A stretch of 64,000 nucleotides of DNA from Lytechinus pictus. Its lineage: Eukaryota. The notes beneath the pieces were generated by a model. The model did not search any database and was not told the origin of the DNA. It saw nothing but the letters and a program-made list of their open reading frames with translations. Made by a program: the position numbers and the translations under genes. The stretch lies in assembly GCF_037042905.1 (NCBI RefSeq), contig NC_087260.1, positions 3,596,001 to 3,660,000 on the forward strand, read 5' to 3'. Positions within the stretch are counted from its first letter, which is position 1, and the number at the start of each line of letters is the position of its first letter. Below are positions 62,771-64,000 of the stretch, piece after piece.

Positions 62771-64000
62771 CAATAAACTGCATATAAAAACTCAAAGTTC
62801 ATTCAATAAACAGCGTTGTAAGTAGTGTTTTTACTCTGTGGTAGTATCATTTTCTTGTCAGCACGTTAATAGATTTTTGTTCAGAAAATAACTGACAGTT
62901 TTTTTTTTGGTACCCCATGCCTATCATTATCCATTGTGGTACAAAATCTTTGCTCCAATCGAATCAGGGGCGGAACCAGGATTTTCAAAAGGGGAGGGGG
63001 CACTTTAACCGCGGGAAAATTTGACAAGCAAAAAAAGGGAAAAAGTCCTTACTTTTAAAGGGGAGGGGGCACACTTGTTACAAATGTTGATAATGCCTCT
63101 CAAAGGGGGGGGGGGGCACGGGCCAGATCAATTTGAAATTAATTCATGAACATCCGGGATGAACGCAGAAAGCATGTTCTTCTCATTTTGCTCTACAAAC
63201 TTTGTTGTTGTTGTTGTTTATTTTAAGGCTTATATTAAGAAATAAACAAAACAATTTATATACACTCTATCATATTAATCAAAAGTAAACTTACTCATCT
63301 GGCCTGGCCAATGGTGAAAATGTTCTTGAATTAAAAAAATAAAGAAAGAAAAAAGAAAATGGATGGCCTTGACGATTTTATGATATTCAAGATAAAAGAG
63401 GAAAGGTTGCAAGAATTGCCAATAATTCCTTTTTTGTATTACATCTTGAAAAAATAAAAGGAATTTGACGTAATTTCAATCAAAAGATCTTTCTTATTTT
63501 TAGGATTATTCCATTATTTCACTTGTCCAGTTATTCAGGCCCCGCATTCATATTATACAAATTAAATTCCAGTTATACCAATGTTACGAAACGACGCATC
63601 TGATTTAAATCTGATGGCAAGATCATTAGAATGTATTTTGTCAAGAAAACTGATTAATTAAAATTGCACAACTAATCGAATAATGAGAGCGCGAAGAGCG
63701 AGGGCAGAAAAGTACTGCACATTTTAAACACATTTTGTCATCATAGAAAATATTCGTATCTCACTTAATTAATAATTCGAGTGCGAAACGCGAGCTGATT
63801 TTTTTTTAATATGCCTACTGACCCGAACGAAGAAACGTTTGAAGAAAAGAGATAACAAGAAAACAAACATTTGTAATCATTAACCTAAAAATTGAAAATT
63901 TATCATTTTATGGCTGAAATTTATTTAAGAGGGGGGGGGGGCTGAAACCCCAAGGCCCCGTCCCTTTCAGTACGCCAGTGTTGAATACCGTAGCCTGATA

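Overview
AT-rich, intron- and repeat-rich animal genomic DNA. The repeat families suggest a marine invertebrate deuterostome such as a sea urchin, but the species is an inference. Two genes converge tail to tail. On + is the last coding exon of FBXO45 (14772-14957); its earlier exons lie before the window. On - is an apparently complete 11-exon E2F dimerization partner gene (TFDP/DP, 61074->33145, 1455 nt, 484 aa). I assembled it by hand from GT-AG junctions with consistent phases; it has a CpG-rich promoter at about 61.1-62.0 kb. The rest is non-autonomous DNA transposons (Kolobok/T2-type, piggyBac-like, hAT-like, Harbinger-like, Mutator-like, Helentron-associated and Crypton-like), tRNA-derived SINEs, a 5'-truncated L2/Crack-type LINE and tandem repeats. 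The least expected signals are: (1) a large excess of TA-flanked 8-bp palindromes, mainly TACATGTA, which appear as insertions in otherwise alignable repeat copies and match Tc1/mariner excision footprints; (2) one TTAA site in a MITE family hit independently by different transposon families; (3) a DP N-terminal extension with CDK consensus sites, and tandem splice acceptors flanking the NLS/DNA-binding exon. I found no new multi-gene system.
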